This document shows positions 9,240-18,702 of a stretch of DNA of 64,000 bases, one piece after another. Position 1 is the first letter of the stretch. Each line of letters starts with the position of its first letter. Origin of the DNA: Candidatus Omnitrophota bacterium (GTDB lineage Bacteria > Omnitrophota > Gorgyraeia > Zapsychrales > Zapsychraceae); NCBI GenBank assembly GCA_015233115.1, contig JADFYJ010000004.1, positions 70,528 to 134,527 on the forward strand, in the 5' to 3' direction. The notes below the pieces were generated by a model. The model saw only the letters and a program-made list of their open reading frames with translations, searched no databases and was not told the DNA's origin. Position numbers and translations under genes: made by a program.

Positions 9240-9799
9240 AACCCCTCCCCTACATTCAACATTTTAATTCCTTTGCGCATATAATCAATGGTAGAGCCAA
9301 TGATCAAACCTAAAGCAACATACCAAAATACGGATAAAAACGGCCACTGCAATAAAACCGCCAAAACCGACATGACTTCCGCGAATGTCGTAGCCTTGCC
9401 CCACTTGGTTGGCTTGATCTCAAACACACCATGATAAATACTGACAATGGTCACGCCGAGTATTAAAATTAAATCACGCCCAATCGCCCACACCACCAGC
9501 CACGCCGGAAATTTTACTAAAGGAAGATGATCATTAATAAAATATAAAAACACAAAAGCAAAAATCAAAAGAATTTTATCCGCCAAAGGGTCAAGGATCG
9601 CGCCAGCTTTAGTTTTTTGTTTCCAACGTCGCGCCACATAACCATCGACCAAGTCAGAAATAACCGCAAACAAAAATATACCTAACGCGACATTCAAATT
9701 ATATTCACGTCCCGGACCGTAATCCAAAAGCGCGGCAATAAAAAAAGGCACAGCCAAGATTCGGCAAACGGTGATTTTATTAGCTAAGGTCATGCCCAT
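9236..9799 (-). CDS. pgsA: CDP-diacylglycerol--glycerol-3-phosphate 3-phosphatidyltransferase (CDP-alcohol phosphatidyltransferase family)
   Basis: DLVDGYVARRW...GAILDPLADK is the D-G-x-AR...G...D-x3-D motif. It overlaps plsY by 4 nt. Confidence 0.85.
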   Translation of the reverse strand: MGMTLANKITVCRILAVPFFIAALLDYGPGREYNLNVALGIFLFAVISDLVDGYVARRWKQKTKAGAILDPLADKILLIFAFVFLYFINDHLPLVKFPAWLVVWAIGRDLILILGVTIVSIYHGVFEIKPTKWGKATTFAEVMSVLAVLLQWPFLSVFWYVALGLIIGSTIDYMRKGIKMLNVGEGL

Positions 9800-9800
9800 A

Positions 9801-10139
9801 TCACTTAACCCATTCCAATTTTACATGGTGCAACGGGCATTCTTGGATATTTGGGGCATAGCGTTTGCCGTCTACGGGGCAATATTTTACTTTCACTTCG
9901 CCGTTAAACGAATCAGCCACTTCTTTGACAGCAGATTGTGCTTCAGGATTAGTGCGTAGATTTTTTTCTAAATTTCGCATTTCTTGCGCAGACACAGGTT
10001 TTCCTGCCACAGCGGATGCCACAGCCGTGAGATCTTTTTCAGAGGCGTGGACGTTGTTTAACGGGGAAACAGGCTTACCCGTGGTTGCGCAGCCGCAGAG
10101 ACAAAATACAATTAAAACAAATAATGATTTATTTTTCAT
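9801..10139 (-). CDS. Small lipoprotein, hypothetical
   Basis: I take the start at MKNKSLFVLIVFCLCGC (lipobox). The longer ORF call reads through the palindromic repeat at 10177..10201 and is rejected. The C-terminus has CPVDGKRY...CPLHH, a possible metal-binding site. Confidence 0.5.
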   Translation of the reverse strand: MKNKSLFVLIVFCLCGCATTGKPVSPLNNVHASEKDLTAVASAVAGKPVSAQEMRNLEKNLRTNPEAQSAVKEVADSFNGEVKVKYCPVDGKRYAPNIQECPLHHVKLEWVK

Positions 10140-10176
10140 ACTTTTATATTTTTTAAAAAATATTAGTTTATTTGTT

Positions 10177-10283
10177 GTAGGGGCGATCTCCCGATCGCCC
10201 GTAAACAAAATATTCGCTTTGCCATTATCGAAAAAAAGAAAAAACGATACTTTTGTCGCGGGCGATCAGGAGATCGCCCCTAC
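10177..10283. mobile_element. MITE-like unit (107 bp) bounded by inverted 25-nt palindromic repeats
   Basis: The repeats are gtaggggcgatctcccgatcgcccg (10177..10201) and cgggcgatcaggagatcgcccctac (10259..10283). The internal region carries attcgcttt and aaaaacgatacttttgt, shared with other copies. Confidence 0.55.
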
Positions 10284-10289
10284 GACCAT

Positions 10290-10340
10290 CGTCAATCTTG
10301 TCTTCTCTCTTCTCTCTTCTATCGTCCATCGTCTATCGTC
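10290..10340. repeat. Low-complexity tandem repeats (CTCTTCT / ATCGTCT units)
   Basis: Direct reading gives tcttctctcttctctcttctatcgtccatcgtctatcgtctat. Confidence 0.7.
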
Positions 10341-10924
10341 TATTTTATAATCCTGATCCTATCCAACGGCCAATAAATAAATGAGGCTGGGCCGACGATG
10401 TTTTCTACTGGAACATAACCCCAATAACGGCTGTCATGACTGGACTGGCTGTTATCTCCGAGAACAAAAACATGGCCGGATGGAACTTTGACCGCGTTGC
10501 CATTCACGCCATATTGACCCATATCGTAGTAAAAAGTTTTACGGATACGCGGTTCGTCGATAATTTGACCATTGATATAAATAGCGCCATACTTGATTTC
10601 TACTGTTTCACCTTCGAACGCGATCAGACGTTTGATAAAATCACGTTTCGGATCTTCAGGAAATTTAAAAACAATGATATCCCCGCGGTTTAATTTTCCA
10701 TAACCGTGAATGCGCGTTTTAGTAAACGGAATAAGCGGCCCATAGCTCATTTTATTGACCATTAACCGGTCATTAATCAATAACGTCGGGATCATCGAGC
10801 CGCTGGGAATTTTAAACGCCTGGATAAAAAAAGTACGAATAAAAAGCGCCAAAATTAACGCAATGACCGCCGAATCAAACCATTCTTTGCCTTCGGTTTT
10901 AAACCATTGTCTCAAATTGTTCAT
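10340..10924 (-). CDS. lepB: Signal peptidase I
   Basis: SGSMIPTL (catalytic Ser box), GDNSQSSHDSRYWG (box E) and a KR box. Confidence 0.9.
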   Translation of the reverse strand: MNNLRQWFKTEGKEWFDSAVIALILALFIRTFFIQAFKIPSGSMIPTLLINDRLMVNKMSYGPLIPFTKTRIHGYGKLNRGDIIVFKFPEDPKRDFIKRLIAFEGETVEIKYGAIYINGQIIDEPRIRKTFYYDMGQYGVNGNAVKVPSGHVFVLGDNSQSSHDSRYWGYVPVENIVGPASFIYWPLDRIRIIK

Positions 10925-10933
10925 ATCAGTCCT

Positions 10934-12742
10934 TTATAATTTTAATACAGCCAAAAAAGCTTCTTGGGGGATTTCTACGTTTCCGACTTGTTTGAGTTTT
11001 TTCTTTCCTTCTTTTTGTTTCTCCCACAATTTGCGTTTGCGTGAAATATCGCCGCCGTAACATTTGGCGGTTACATCTTTACCAGATGATTTGACCCTGG
11101 CACTAGAAATAATGCGGCCGTCGCAAGTAGCCTGAATTCGTACCTCATATAATTGTTGGGGGATTAGATCTTTTAATTTAGTTACTAACGCTAAACCTTT
11201 TTCATACGCGCTGGTCTTATGCACCAAACAAGAAAAGGCGTCGCACACTTTATCATTGATCATAATATCCAATTTAGAAATCTGCGCCGGCTGATAGCCT
11301 TCAAATTTATAATCGATCGAACCATACCCGCGCGTCAACGATTTGATCTTATCATTAAAATCCACAATAACTTCTGACAGAGGAACATCAAACAATATCC
11401 GCATGCGATCCGAAACATATTCGCTGGTGACAAAATTGCCACGTTTCTTTTTAGCCAATTCCATGACAGAATCCATAAATTCAACCGGCGTCATAATCGT
11501 TACCCGAAGATAAGGCTCTTCGATTGATTTTATATTCGACGAGTCAGGAAGATCGTTGGGACTTTCAATAATCCTTTGTTCCCCATTATTATCAATCACG
11601 CGGCACTGGACGTTTGGTGTCGTCAAAATCAAATTTAAATCATATTCACGCTGAAGCCGTTCCTGCACGATATCCATATGCAGCAACCCTAAAAATCCGC
11701 AGCGAAACCCATTCCCAAAAGATTGGGATGTTTCCGGTTCATAGACGAGACTAGGATCGCTCAAACGCAATTTTTCAATGGCTTCACGCAAAGGCATAAA
11801 ATCTTTCGGATTAACCGGATAAACCCCGCAAAACACCATCGGATTCAAATGACGGTAACCCTCTAATGCCGCGGCAGCCGGACGTTCCGTTTCCGTGATG
11901 GTGTCTCCGACACGCACATTCCTAGGCTCATGAACATTGCAGGTAATATACCCGACTTCTCCGGCGGTTAATTCTTTGACTTTCACATCTTCAGGCTTGC
12001 AAATACCGACTTCTTCCACATTGTGATCTTTACCCATATTCATCATGCGGATACGCATACCTGCTCGAACAGTTCCATTCATCACCCGGATATAAACAAT
12101 GACGCCTTTATAGATGTCGTATTTCATATCAAAAATCAAAGCTTGTAAAGGGGCATCATCGACGCCTGTAGGCGCCGGTAAAAACTCGACAATCTTCTCA
12201 AACAAAGTATCAATGCCGATGCCTTCTTTAGCAGAAACCAGCTGGATATGCGTATCATCAAATCCGAATGCTTCCATGACCTGCAATTTCGCATGGTCAA
12301 TATCGACGCTGGCTACGTCGATCTTATTTAACACCGGCAATATTTCGAGATTGTTATCAATCGCCAAATAATAGTTCGCGACAGTCTGCGATTCCACACC
12401 CTGGGTGGCATCGACTAATAACAGGGCGCCTTCGCACGCTTTGAGTGATTTTTCCACTTCATAAGAAAAATCCACATGCCCGGGCGTATCGATTAAATTA
12501 AAAAGATATGTTTGGCCGTCTTTCGCTTTGTAATTAATGCAGACCGCCGAGGCTTTGATGGTGATCCCGCGTTCCCGCTCAAGATCCATGTCATCTAAGA
12601 GCTGATTTTTAAATTTACGTTCATCAATCGCTCCGGTAAACAATAACAGACGATCTGCCAAAGTCGATTTACCATGGTCGATATGAGCGATAATAGAGAA
12701 ATTGCGAATGAGGGATTTATCGTGCATAAATTTTAATTTCAA
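10934..12742 (-). CDS. lepA: Elongation factor 4 (LepA)
   Basis: 602 aa with GTPase motifs AHIDHGKST, DTPGHVDF and NKID, and the characteristic LepA C-terminal domain. Confidence 0.95.
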   Translation of the reverse strand: MKLKFMHDKSLIRNFSIIAHIDHGKSTLADRLLLFTGAIDERKFKNQLLDDMDLERERGITIKASAVCINYKAKDGQTYLFNLIDTPGHVDFSYEVEKSLKACEGALLLVDATQGVESQTVANYYLAIDNNLEILPVLNKIDVASVDIDHAKLQVMEAFGFDDTHIQLVSAKEGIGIDTLFEKIVEFLPAPTGVDDAPLQALIFDMKYDIYKGVIVYIRVMNGTVRAGMRIRMMNMGKDHNVEEVGICKPEDVKVKELTAGEVGYITCNVHEPRNVRVGDTITETERPAAAALEGYRHLNPMVFCGVYPVNPKDFMPLREAIEKLRLSDPSLVYEPETSQSFGNGFRCGFLGLLHMDIVQERLQREYDLNLILTTPNVQCRVIDNNGEQRIIESPNDLPDSSNIKSIEEPYLRVTIMTPVEFMDSVMELAKKKRGNFVTSEYVSDRMRILFDVPLSEVIVDFNDKIKSLTRGYGSIDYKFEGYQPAQISKLDIMINDKVCDAFSCLVHKTSAYEKGLALVTKLKDLIPQQLYEVRIQATCDGRIISSARVKSSGKDVTAKCYGGDISRKRKLWEKQKEGKKKLKQVGNVEIPQEAFLAVLKL

Positions 12743-12758
12743 AATAATATTTTTTTTC

Positions 12759-12783
12759 GTAGGGGCGATCTCCTGATCGCCCG
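12759..12783. repeat. Solo copy of the 25-nt palindromic repeat gtaggggcgatctcctgatcgcccg
   Basis: Direct reading shows this. It lies between the lepA start and the cmk stop. Confidence 0.8.
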
Positions 12784-12800
12784 TAACAAAATAATCGCTT

Positions 12801-13469
12801 TTATAAGCCGATATATCTTCTTAATGTTTCTATAACTTCATCAATAGTCAATCTCGACGAATCAATATACACCGCGTCAGGGGCTTGCTTTAAAGGGCCT
12901 ACTTTCCGGGTAAAATCTTTTTGGTCGCGCTCTTCGATTTCCAGACGTAATTTATTAATATCGACGTCCTGGCCTTTTTCTTTTAATTCTTTATAACGCC
13001 TTTGCGTGCGTTCTTCGACAGAGGCATCCATATAAAATTTGTGGGTCGCACTTGGAAATACGACTGTTGTCACATCCCGGCCTTCCGCGACAATACTGCG
13101 GCGTCCGGCAATCTGCCTTTGCCATTCCACTAGAATTTCCCGCACCTGGCCTGCCCGCGCAATATAAAACGTATTGTTTGTCACGTCCAGAGTCCGGATA
13201 TCTTTACTCACATCCTGACCGTCCATGACAACCATAACTCCGGCGGAAACAGCTTTTAAATCCAAAATAGTACGTTTAGCCAATGCCGCCAAAGCATCTT
13301 CATCTTCCAAATTAATTTGTTCCCGCATGGCTTTTAAAGTAATAGCCCGGTACATCGCTCCTGTATCTAAAAAAGCAAATCCCAGCTCTGCAGCCAAACG
13401 TTTCGCGACCGTGCTTTTTCCAGCACCGGCAGGGCCGTCTATGGCAATAACGTAAATGATATTAGGCAT
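12801..13469 (-). CDS. cmk: Cytidylate kinase
   Basis: IAIDGPAGAGKSTVAK P-loop with cytidylate kinase layout. Confidence 0.9.
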   Translation of the reverse strand: MPNIIYVIAIDGPAGAGKSTVAKRLAAELGFAFLDTGAMYRAITLKAMREQINLEDEDALAALAKRTILDLKAVSAGVMVVMDGQDVSKDIRTLDVTNNTFYIARAGQVREILVEWQRQIAGRRSIVAEGRDVTTVVFPSATHKFYMDASVEERTQRRYKELKEKGQDVDINKLRLEIEERDQKDFTRKVGPLKQAPDAVYIDSSRLTIDEVIETLRRYIGL

Positions 13470-13470
13470 A

Positions 13471-13560
13471 CAGGTTGTTGGTTGTTGGTTGTTGGTTGTT
13501 GGTTGTTGGTTGTTGGTTGTTGGTTATTGATTTTAAATCTTTTTATGCAGTTGTTAACCA
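13471..13560. repeat. GGTTGTT heptamer tandem repeat (about 8 units) with a downstream inverted partner (aaccaaaaactaaaaacc)
   Basis: Direct reading shows this. Confidence 0.8.
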
Positions 13561-13590
13561 AAAACTAAAAACCATAAACCTTTAAATTTG

Positions 13591-14448
13591 CTAATTTAAC
13601 TTTTCTCTTTTCGCTTTTGCTTTTTCAAACTGCGCCAATAATATTTTTTCGTCTTTGGCAATAATAGCTTGGCGGACAATGGATAATTGTTTGACTATGT
13701 CATCAACGGCTTTGATAATATATTTTCCGTTGGATAAACAAATATCGGCCCACATCTGCGGCGAAGAAGCAGCGATACGGGTTGAATCTTTTAAACCATT
13801 GGCCGCATATTGTAACATCTCATCCGGTACCGCGCCCATCAAACTAAAGGCGGCCATATGCGGTAAGTGACTGATATAGGCCAAAACCTGGTCATGCTGT
13901 TCAGGTTCCATAGTTAAAACTTCCGTGCCCAGTTTGGTCCAAAATAATTTCACTTTTTCGAATGCCGTATGATGAGTGGTTTTGATCGGCGTTAATATAC
14001 ACTTGGCTCCCGTAAATAAACTATCCACGGCGTTTTCTACGCCCCGTTTTTCCGATCCTGCCAAAGGATGGGAGCCGACAAAATTATCAGGAAAAGCCAA
14101 CAGTTTAGCTGCCATATCAACGATATCTGATTTCGTGCTGCCAATATCCGTAATGTAACAATTCTTGCGTAAATACGGATTGATCTTGGGTAAAAATTGA
14201 ATAATCGTTTCAACCGGAGTCGCCAGAATTATCAAATCCGTGTTGCGAATTGCTTTAGCCAGGTCGGTTGTGGCCACGTCGACAGCGCCAATCTTCATAG
14301 CCTTAATCAAAGAAGATTGCTGAAAAGATAAACCGACGACTTCTTTGGCTAATTTGTGTTTCTTGATCGCCAGCCCCAGCGAGCCGCCCATCATACCAAC
14401 ACCAATAATGGTGATTTGGCGGAAAGGCCTGTGAGAAGGTAATATCAT
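13591..14448 (-). CDS. tyrA: Prephenate dehydrogenase
   Basis: Rossmann ITIIGVGMMGGSLGLAI. Context is an aromatic amino-acid cluster. Confidence 0.85.
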   Translation of the reverse strand: MILPSHRPFRQITIIGVGMMGGSLGLAIKKHKLAKEVVGLSFQQSSLIKAMKIGAVDVATTDLAKAIRNTDLIILATPVETIIQFLPKINPYLRKNCYITDIGSTKSDIVDMAAKLLAFPDNFVGSHPLAGSEKRGVENAVDSLFTGAKCILTPIKTTHHTAFEKVKLFWTKLGTEVLTMEPEQHDQVLAYISHLPHMAAFSLMGAVPDEMLQYAANGLKDSTRIAASSPQMWADICLSNGKYIIKAVDDIVKQLSIVRQAIIAKDEKILLAQFEKAKAKREKLN

Positions 14449-14459
14449 AGTTTGTCCTG

Positions 14460-15476
14460 TCAGATCGTCCGGTCCACAGCGTCAGCTATGCGTTTCAGAT
14501 CTTTAATTAAGTTTTCGAAATTTTTCGGCACTAACGATTGCGGCCCGTCAGAAAGAGCCTCTTCCGGATTATCATGCACTTCCACTAATAAACCATCGCA
14601 TCCAGCTGCCACCGCGGCTTTAGAGACACTGTTGATTAAACCCCATCGTCCGGTCGCGTGGCTTGGATCGACCAAAATCGGCAAATGCGATAATTGCTTA
14701 ACCAGCGGCACAGCATTAATATCCAAAGTATTTCTGGTCATGGTTTCAAAAGTGCGGATGCCCCTTTCGCACAGCATGACATTAAAATTCCCATTAGCTA
14801 AAATATATTCGGCAGACATAAGCCATTCTTTAACCGTTGCGCTGATCCCTCTTTTTAAGATGACAGGTTTGTACGTCGCTCCGACGCCTTTTAACAAAGA
14901 AAAATTTTGCATGTTACGTGCGCCGATTTGCAGGACATCAACGTATTTTGAAACCAAATCGATATCGCGCGAATCCATGACTTCCGTCACTGTTGCCATG
15001 TCAAATTCCTGTCCGACTTCTTTTAAGTATTTCAATCCTTCTTCGCCTAAACCTTGAAAATCATACGGCGACGTACGCGGTTTAAACGCGCCCCCGCGTA
15101 AAATATTACAGCCAGCGGCCTTGACGAACTTAGCAATGCGGCGTAGTCCTTCATAATTTTCAACCGCGCAAGGCCCGGCGATCATGGCGATTTTGGTGCC
15201 GCCGATTTCAATGCCGTCTTTAATTTTAATAACAGTATTTTTAGGTTGAAATTCGCGTGACACTAATTTATACGGTGCTAAAACCGGAATGACTTGTTCG
15301 ACACCTGGAAACACTTCCAATGGCGTGACCCGCAACACATCTTCAGGCCCGATTAAGCCAATAACAGTTTTTTCCACGCCGCGGGATATATTCGCTTTCA
15401 ACCCCAGCTTTTGCGCCTTGTCAACGATATGACTAATTTGCTCTTCAGTAGCGCCGGATTTTAATACTATGATCAT
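14460..15476 (-). CDS. aroF: 3-deoxy-7-phosphoheptulonate (DAHP) synthase, class I-beta with N-terminal regulatory domain
   Basis: GPCAVEN, KPRTSPYDFQGLG and KdsA/AroG-like (beta/alpha)8 motifs, with an N-terminal ~70 aa ferredoxin-like extension. Confidence 0.85.
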   Translation of the reverse strand: MIIVLKSGATEEQISHIVDKAQKLGLKANISRGVEKTVIGLIGPEDVLRVTPLEVFPGVEQVIPVLAPYKLVSREFQPKNTVIKIKDGIEIGGTKIAMIAGPCAVENYEGLRRIAKFVKAAGCNILRGGAFKPRTSPYDFQGLGEEGLKYLKEVGQEFDMATVTEVMDSRDIDLVSKYVDVLQIGARNMQNFSLLKGVGATYKPVILKRGISATVKEWLMSAEYILANGNFNVMLCERGIRTFETMTRNTLDINAVPLVKQLSHLPILVDPSHATGRWGLINSVSKAAVAAGCDGLLVEVHDNPEEALSDGPQSLVPKNFENLIKDLKRIADAVDRTI

Positions 15477-16561
15477 ATGATATCCTTTAATGCCTTAATA
15501 AATTTTTTATTTTCCTGCGCGTTCCCAATACTCACCCGGAAATATTCAGGTTTGCCCCATCCGCTCATATCGCGGACTATAATACCTTTTTTTAAAAGTC
15601 CTTGTGACGCGGCTTTTCCGCCGATAGCTGTTTTAACTAAAATAAAATTCGTGAAACTTTTTATGTGTTCCAGTCTCATGGTGTCAAAACTCGCGTACAA
15701 ATATTTACGCTCCGCATTGATTTGAGTCAAAATCTTTTTGTAATACGCTTTGTCTTTCAAACACGCCAAAGCCGCGGCTTGCGCGATTGAATTCACGTTA
15801 AACGGTTCACGGACACGGCCGATAATGTCGATCAATTCCGCGTCTCCCATCGCATAACCAATCCGCAAACCGGCTAACCCATATATTTTTGAAAACGTGC
15901 GGGCCACCATCAAATTTTTGTATATTTTCAGTAAATTTAACGAATCCGCGTAATCTTTGGCTGAAACAAATTCATAATAAGCCTCATCAATAAAAACTAA
16001 AATATCCGAGCGTAAATTCTTTAAAAAATTTTTTAATTCTGTGTTGCTGATATATTGTCCTGATGGATTATCCGGATTACCTAAAAAAATAATTTTAGTT
16101 TTAGAGGTAACGGCCTCTTTCATAGCTTTCAGGTCATAACGGAAATCAGGCATTAAAGGAACAGCGTTTAATTTTGCGCCTTCAATGCAAGAAGCGATCT
16201 CATAAACTAAAAAAGATGGCTTGGCAAAAATCACTTCATCACCCGGCTGAACAAACGCGCGGACTGCCATAACGATCACTTCATCCGAACCATTACCAAA
16301 AATTAATTGTTCAGGTTTAACTTTTAACTGTTTAGCCAGTTCCTGACGCAAAGCAATGCACCCGCCGTCCGGATAACGGTTGACTGACTTAGCTGCTTGT
16401 GCAATTGCCTTTAAAACTTTCGGCGAGGTCGGGTAAGGATTCTCATTTGAAGCAAGCTTAATTACTTCTTTTAATCCCAATTCCCGTTTAACGTCTTCAA
16501 TGGGACGGCCAGGGACATAGGGTTGAACTTTAAATAAAGTTTGTTTAGCGCGAGTTTTCAT
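15473..16561 (-). CDS. hisC: Histidinol-phosphate / aromatic aminotransferase
   Basis: LASNENPYP signature, with PLP-lysine region (FSKIYGLAGLRIGY). Confidence 0.85.
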   Translation of the reverse strand: MKTRAKQTLFKVQPYVPGRPIEDVKRELGLKEVIKLASNENPYPTSPKVLKAIAQAAKSVNRYPDGGCIALRQELAKQLKVKPEQLIFGNGSDEVIVMAVRAFVQPGDEVIFAKPSFLVYEIASCIEGAKLNAVPLMPDFRYDLKAMKEAVTSKTKIIFLGNPDNPSGQYISNTELKNFLKNLRSDILVFIDEAYYEFVSAKDYADSLNLLKIYKNLMVARTFSKIYGLAGLRIGYAMGDAELIDIIGRVREPFNVNSIAQAAALACLKDKAYYKKILTQINAERKYLYASFDTMRLEHIKSFTNFILVKTAIGGKAASQGLLKKGIIVRDMSGWGKPEYFRVSIGNAQENKKFIKALKDII

Positions 16562-16636
16562 AATTATATGTGATATTGTTGATAGTTTTTGGTTTTTGGT
16601 TTTTGGTTTTTTACTCTGTACTCTGTACTTTCTTTA

Positions 16637-17695
16637 TTAAGCCGGATATGATCCTAAAATTTTCAAATAATTACACATCGCTTCTAATTGTGATAAAGCT
16701 TTTTTTACTTTGGCGTCTTCACGGTGGCCTTCAAAATCCACGAAAAATAAATATTCCCAGGCTTTACGTTTGGACGGCCGCGACTCAATTTTCGTCATAT
16801 TAATTTTATTTTTCGAAAACGGAGTTAACATGGCGTGCAAGGCGCCCACATTATCTTTAATCGAAAACAGGATTGATGTCCGATCCCGTCCGGTTGCTGG
16901 CGCGTCCTCATTGGCGATCACCAGAAATCTCGTCGTATTATGCGCGATATCCTGGATGTTCGGACATAAAACATTGAGACCTTGCAATTCGCCGAGAAAC
17001 TGTGAGCCAATGGCAGCCGCGTGTTTATCTTTTAACGCGTATTGAGCCGCCTCCGTAGTTGAGCCGACTGTAATTTGCTCAGCATAGCTCATATTTTTGT
17101 ATAACCATATACGACATTGGCCGAATACCTGCGGATGAGAATAAATCTTTTTAATCGACTTAATATCCACGGCTTTGGACAACAAATTCTGCGAAATTTT
17201 TAACATGGTTTGACTGCAAATTTTTAATTCCGAATCAGCTAGCAAATCAAACGTATGCGTAACCGCACCTTCGACTGAATTTTCAATCGGCACCACCCCA
17301 TAATCGCACTCTTCATGTTCCACAGCCGTAAACACTTCAAAGATGCTGGCATACGGCGCATATCCAACCATAGTACCAAATTTTTTATTTGCTGCTAAAT
17401 GCGTAAATGACCCTTCATTGCCGAAATAAGCGATCTTTAATTTTTTTTCCAGCGCTAAAGAACTCGACATGATCTCGCGGTAAACTGCTTCAAACGCTTC
17501 GTTGGACATCGGGCCCTTATTCAAGCGTTTAATCCGCTCGTAAACCGCGCGTTCCCGTGCCGGCGAATAAATACTGCATTGATGTTCGGCCTTGTATTGA
17601 CCAACAGCTTTGCTGACTTCAGCCCGGGCGTTTAATAGCGCGACCAGTTTTTGGTCGAGCAAATCAATTTTTTTCCGCAAGTCTGGTAAGTTCAT
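16637..17695 (-). CDS. pheA: Bifunctional chorismate mutase / prephenate dehydratase
   Basis: N-terminal CM (LRKKIDLLDQKLVALLNARAE), PDT domain (TRF) and C-terminal ACT domain. Confidence 0.9.
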   Translation of the reverse strand: MNLPDLRKKIDLLDQKLVALLNARAEVSKAVGQYKAEHQCSIYSPARERAVYERIKRLNKGPMSNEAFEAVYREIMSSSLALEKKLKIAYFGNEGSFTHLAANKKFGTMVGYAPYASIFEVFTAVEHEECDYGVVPIENSVEGAVTHTFDLLADSELKICSQTMLKISQNLLSKAVDIKSIKKIYSHPQVFGQCRIWLYKNMSYAEQITVGSTTEAAQYALKDKHAAAIGSQFLGELQGLNVLCPNIQDIAHNTTRFLVIANEDAPATGRDRTSILFSIKDNVGALHAMLTPFSKNKINMTKIESRPSKRKAWEYLFFVDFEGHREDAKVKKALSQLEAMCNYLKILGSYPA

Positions 17696-17775
17696 ATATT
17701 AATCCTTTTAAAAACGTGACAATGTAACAGTGAGACAAAACAAAAATCAAAAAAACCAAAACGACAATTTTGTAC

Positions 17776-17956
17776 CGGGAGGTCAGGAGACCTCCCCTAC
17801 AACAGCATTAATCATTTTTAAACGACATTTCGCGCTACTCGCAGGTGCTTCCAACACTACGCGGACATTACGTCCTTGGTCGCGCTGCTCGCAGGTGCTT
17901 CCAGCACTACGCGGACATTACGTCCTTGGTCGTAGGGGCGATCTCCCGATCGCCCG
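17776..17956. repeat. Composite repeat: variant palindrome cgggaggtcaggagacctcccctac, two exact 50-bp tandem units, and the canonical palindrome gtaggggcgatctcccgatcgcccg
   Basis: Tandem units are at 17831..17880 and 17881..17930 (2 mismatches). The variant palindrome at 17776..17800 carries compensatory changes GCGATC>GAGGTC and GATCGC>GACCTC. Confidence 0.8.
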
Positions 17957-17958
17957 CA

Positions 17959-18702
17959 TCATTCGCTTTTCTCAGCAATCGCTTTTTCTCTGTCACTCGG
18001 TTCCTCGGTTACTTTGTTACTCTCTAAATCTAATTGATCCTGCCTCGCTTCGGCTCGTTCTAATAAATCCGGGAACTCTTCCAGACGCGGCAAATCCTGC
18101 AATGAACGCAAACCAAAGTATTCTAAAAATTGTTTATTGGTGCCATACAAATACGGTTTTCCCGGAGCTTCTTTTCTTCCAACGATTTTAATCAGTTCTT
18201 TGTCCACCAAATGATTAAACACTCCGTCCGAATTAACGCCGCGTAACACTTCTATTTCCGCGCGGGTAACCGGCTGTTTATACGCGATAATGGCCAAAGT
18301 TTCCAACGCGGGCTTTGATAATTTTTCTTTATGACGGGTTTTGTAAAATGCCCGGGCGTAAGACGCGTATTTCGGGTTGCTCAACATCTGATACCCTTCA
18401 GCAATCTCTTTAATAATCACGCCGCTTTCCCGCTGTTCATATTCCGCGATCAAACTAAGTACAGCATCTTTTATCTCTTTAGCACCCACAGCTTCTAAAA
18501 CTCGCTTAAACTCGTTGATGCTAACCGGACGTTCATTAATAAATAAAATCGTCTCAATGACACCTTTGATATGTGCCATTTGCGTTTTAGCTTGTTCCAC
18601 ATCGACGACCGCAGATTGAACTGTCGCTGTTAACGCGTCTAAACTGACTTCCACTTCAGGAATAGCTTCATTTAATTTTTCTTCAGGTGCTTGTTCCATC
18701 AC
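17959..18702 (-). CDS. scpB: Segregation and condensation protein B
   Basis: ETILFINERPVSINEF winged-helix N-terminus typical of ScpB. It has an acidic C-terminal tail. Confidence 0.85.
   Translation of the reverse strand: MMEQAPEEKLNEAIPEVEVSLDALTATVQSAVVDVEQAKTQMAHIKGVIETILFINERPVSINEFKRVLEAVGAKEIKDAVLSLIAEYEQRESGVIIKEIAEGYQMLSNPKYASYARAFYKTRHKEKLSKPALETLAIIAYKQPVTRAEIEVLRGVNSDGVFNHLVDKELIKIVGRKEAPGKPYLYGTNKQFLEYFGLRSLQDLPRLEEFPDLLERAEARQDQLDLESNKVTEEPSDREKAIAEKSE

Noticed and set aside
9865-10350. 161-aa plus-strand ORF
   Set aside because: It spans the lipoprotein gene on the opposite strand plus the MITE-like repeat. It contains a palindrome-derived peptide (AGDQEIAPTT) that recurs wherever the repeat is translated, so it is not a real gene.
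13471-13530. Possible CRISPR array (regular short repeats)
   Set aside because: The units are contiguous 7-8 nt tandem repeats with no unique spacers and no repeat of 25-40 nt. The same holds for the other k-mer arrays. They are not CRISPR.
14452-15057. 201-aa plus-strand ORF
   Set aside because: It is fully antisense to the well-supported DAHP synthase gene. It is a shadow ORF with no motifs.
17730-18191. 153-aa and 60-aa plus-strand ORFs spanning the pheA-scpB intergenic region
   Set aside because: They read through palindromic repeats and the 50-bp tandem duplication, and they are antisense to scpB. The repeat-derived low-complexity translation makes them unconvincing as genes.
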